Shown: piece after piece, positions 61,922-63,938 of the stretch | How positions within the stretch are numbered: position 1 is the stretch's first letter | Layout of the letters: each line of letters opens with the position of its first letter | Assembly: GCA_034780895.1 (NCBI GenBank) | Contig: JAUZTB010000076.1 | Coordinates: forward strand, 21,140,407-21,204,344 | Length of the DNA stretch: 63,938 bases | Source: Rhynchobatus australiae | Taxonomy: Eukaryota | Direction: 5' to 3' | Notes under the pieces: model-generated | Told to the model about the DNA's origin: nothing | Database searches by the model: none | Seen by the model: the letters and a program-made list of their open reading frames with translations, nothing else | Translations under genes and position numbers: made by a program

Positions 61922-63938
61922 GTAAGTGTAGAATTTAGTCTAAATTGAATATGTGTACTGAACAAAACTATTCTGTTTCTCACTGTCCTTGAATATGCAA
62001 CTAGTTGAAGCAATATGTTTAACCTGCGTATACGTGTGTACACACTAATGAAACCCTACTCTTCGGTACACTTACAGGCTGCTAGCTGGGATTTGTTTGC
62101 CTTCATTACAAGTTTAATTTGTGCTCGTGCGATGGTAATAATTTGGTTGCTGGTGGGTCCCAACATTTGACTCCTCGCTCTTTCTTTTATTTTCTTTCCT
62201 GTTTATATCACGCTGCCAGTACACAAAATAAGAAGGGCGCGATGGAAGCTGATCCTGGGTATTTTAAACGCTATATATTGGATGGCTTCAAGTATCTCGG
62301 AATGAGTATCACTCTTCGTACACCGCCTTGCCCACCATCCCACCCCCATCAAATCTCCGTAAAGACAAAAGCAAGTTGAGAGCAACCTCGCCAAAACATT
62401 TCCCACCTGACATCCAAAAATAAGCTGGAATTTATTCCAAAAATCCAATTAGTTACTCTGCTTTGTAAATGCAGAACCTACCGTCTTGTCAACTGACAAG
62501 TTCTGAAAAAACTTTCCAATCGGAAAAAAGCCTTGAATGGTATTTCCTTCCCCAAGCTTTCTAACACTTCTGGTAACTATCAAGATTTTAAGATTTAAAA
62601 GAATACGGATGCGCGTGTTAGTTTTAAACTTGACAGCCTATACGTATTGATTAAATATCATAACAGCGCAACATGCCNNNNNNNNNNNNNNNNNNNNNNN
62701 NNNNNNNNNNNNNNNNNNNNNNNNNNNNNNNNNNNNNNNNNNNNNNNNNNNNNNNNNNNNNNNNNNNNNNNNNNNNNNNNNNNNNNNNNNNNNNNNNNNN
62801 NNNNNNNNNNNAGAGTTGCGAAGGCTTTACAGTACTTTGTTCTGACAGTTTGAGGAAAAAAAGACTGCAATGAAAAACGGAGGGTTAATGCAACGCTAAT
62901 GATGTGGAGGGAAAATTTCGGCTAACTTTCAGAATAATGACGAGTAAATTCAGCTGGATTTTGAAGGGTCTTTCTGGATGGGATATACTTATCTCCAATG
63001 TCGCCATGCCTTTGCGATAAGTTGTTTCGGAATTGTAATTAAACCGGAGATTCCAGATAAATATCTTAGCAAACCCCTGTGGGTCGGTTCCAATTTTCTT
63101 CCCGGAATTTCGAAGAAATTGATTACTTTTGCGATTAAGAATGATTAACTTTAATAACTTGTTTGGCTAGATAAATAGATGATAAACAGATTAAAACATT
63201 GGAATTAATGTGAACAAGTATTACTGTTGCAAGAATGAATACATCAGATTATTTGGTCATGGATGCATGATGAAGTTATAATTGAAGACACCATGGTCCA
63301 CTTTAAAGTACTCTCACCGTTATTCAGTACAGCTGTAGCTGCCTTGTTGCCAATTTAGTAACTCTGCGCTGGTTGGTCATGTACCTGGGGTTTACTTTCT
63401 GGATGATCAAACAATTACCCACTTGCGTCTCCCCACCCCGACTCTCCCCTCTCTCTTTCTGTTTCACAACAGAACTAACAGACAGGCAAACTAAATGTAA
63501 TGGAGAAAGGTGACTGTAACGGTTCCCATCAACTCAATAGAGCAGCGGATTTAGTTCATGGGATAAGATACCAAGAAATGATGACGTGACTGAGAACTAG
63601 ACTATTGAGGAAATTTCTGAATAGATAAAGAAAGTTCCAAACACATCTGAAACGAATTATAAATTAAATAAGCAGTATTCCTAAGACAATTTTATTCGCA
63701 CAGAAAAAGATAAAGGTAGTGATATCTGTGTTTAAATATATTATGCACGCATGCAAACTTACCTGAATAATTTTAATAAACATTTATACCAACATTAAAT
63801 ATTTATGGTATTAGATATATGTCTTCATGGGTCCAATATTTACAATGCCTGAACATTAGGCAGATAGATGCATAAATGATGCGTTATTCGTACACGTATG
63901 GGACAGCGTACGCAAAACCAGGAATGTTCGTCGGTCTT

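Noticed and set aside
1-63938. CRISPR arrays, operons or other prokaryotic/viral systems
   Set aside because: No regularly spaced repeats and no gene-dense ORF structure; the content is vertebrate intergenic or intronic DNA.

Overview
This is eukaryotic, AT-rich, non-coding DNA from a gapped draft assembly with many N-runs, several exactly 100 N. The repeat complement (CR1, L2, RTE, an older CR1/L2-group LINE, V-SINEs, Deu-domain SINEs, Penelope-like termini) points to a cartilaginous fish, probably a batoid; this is inferred from repeat families recalled from memory, with no search run. I find no host protein-coding exon, tRNA, rRNA, miRNA or CRISPR feature. Every ORF with a recognisable protein motif is a decayed retroelement fragment. 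The window has two halves. Bases 1 to ~38.4 kb are CpG-depleted and packed with often nested TE relics, separated by unique blocks that look like enhancers. From ~38.4 kb to the end the DNA retains CpG and holds a GC-rich island (~39.6-40.9 kb), two long TE-free stretches and splice-site-bounded non-coding exon candidates (41847-42085; ~61715-61921). This is the architecture of a hypomethylated domain next to a developmental regulator or lncRNA, but I cannot name the gene. Most notable observations: (i) short fold-back Penelope-derived elements carrying minimal hammerhead-ribozyme-like cores, one with a 14-bp target-site duplication; (ii) the sharp CpG boundary with candidate lncRNA exons; (iii) a 53-bp near-identical direct repeat bracketing the CpG island; (iv) a divergent CTCF-like motif pair. 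Repeat boundaries are approximate (tens of bp).
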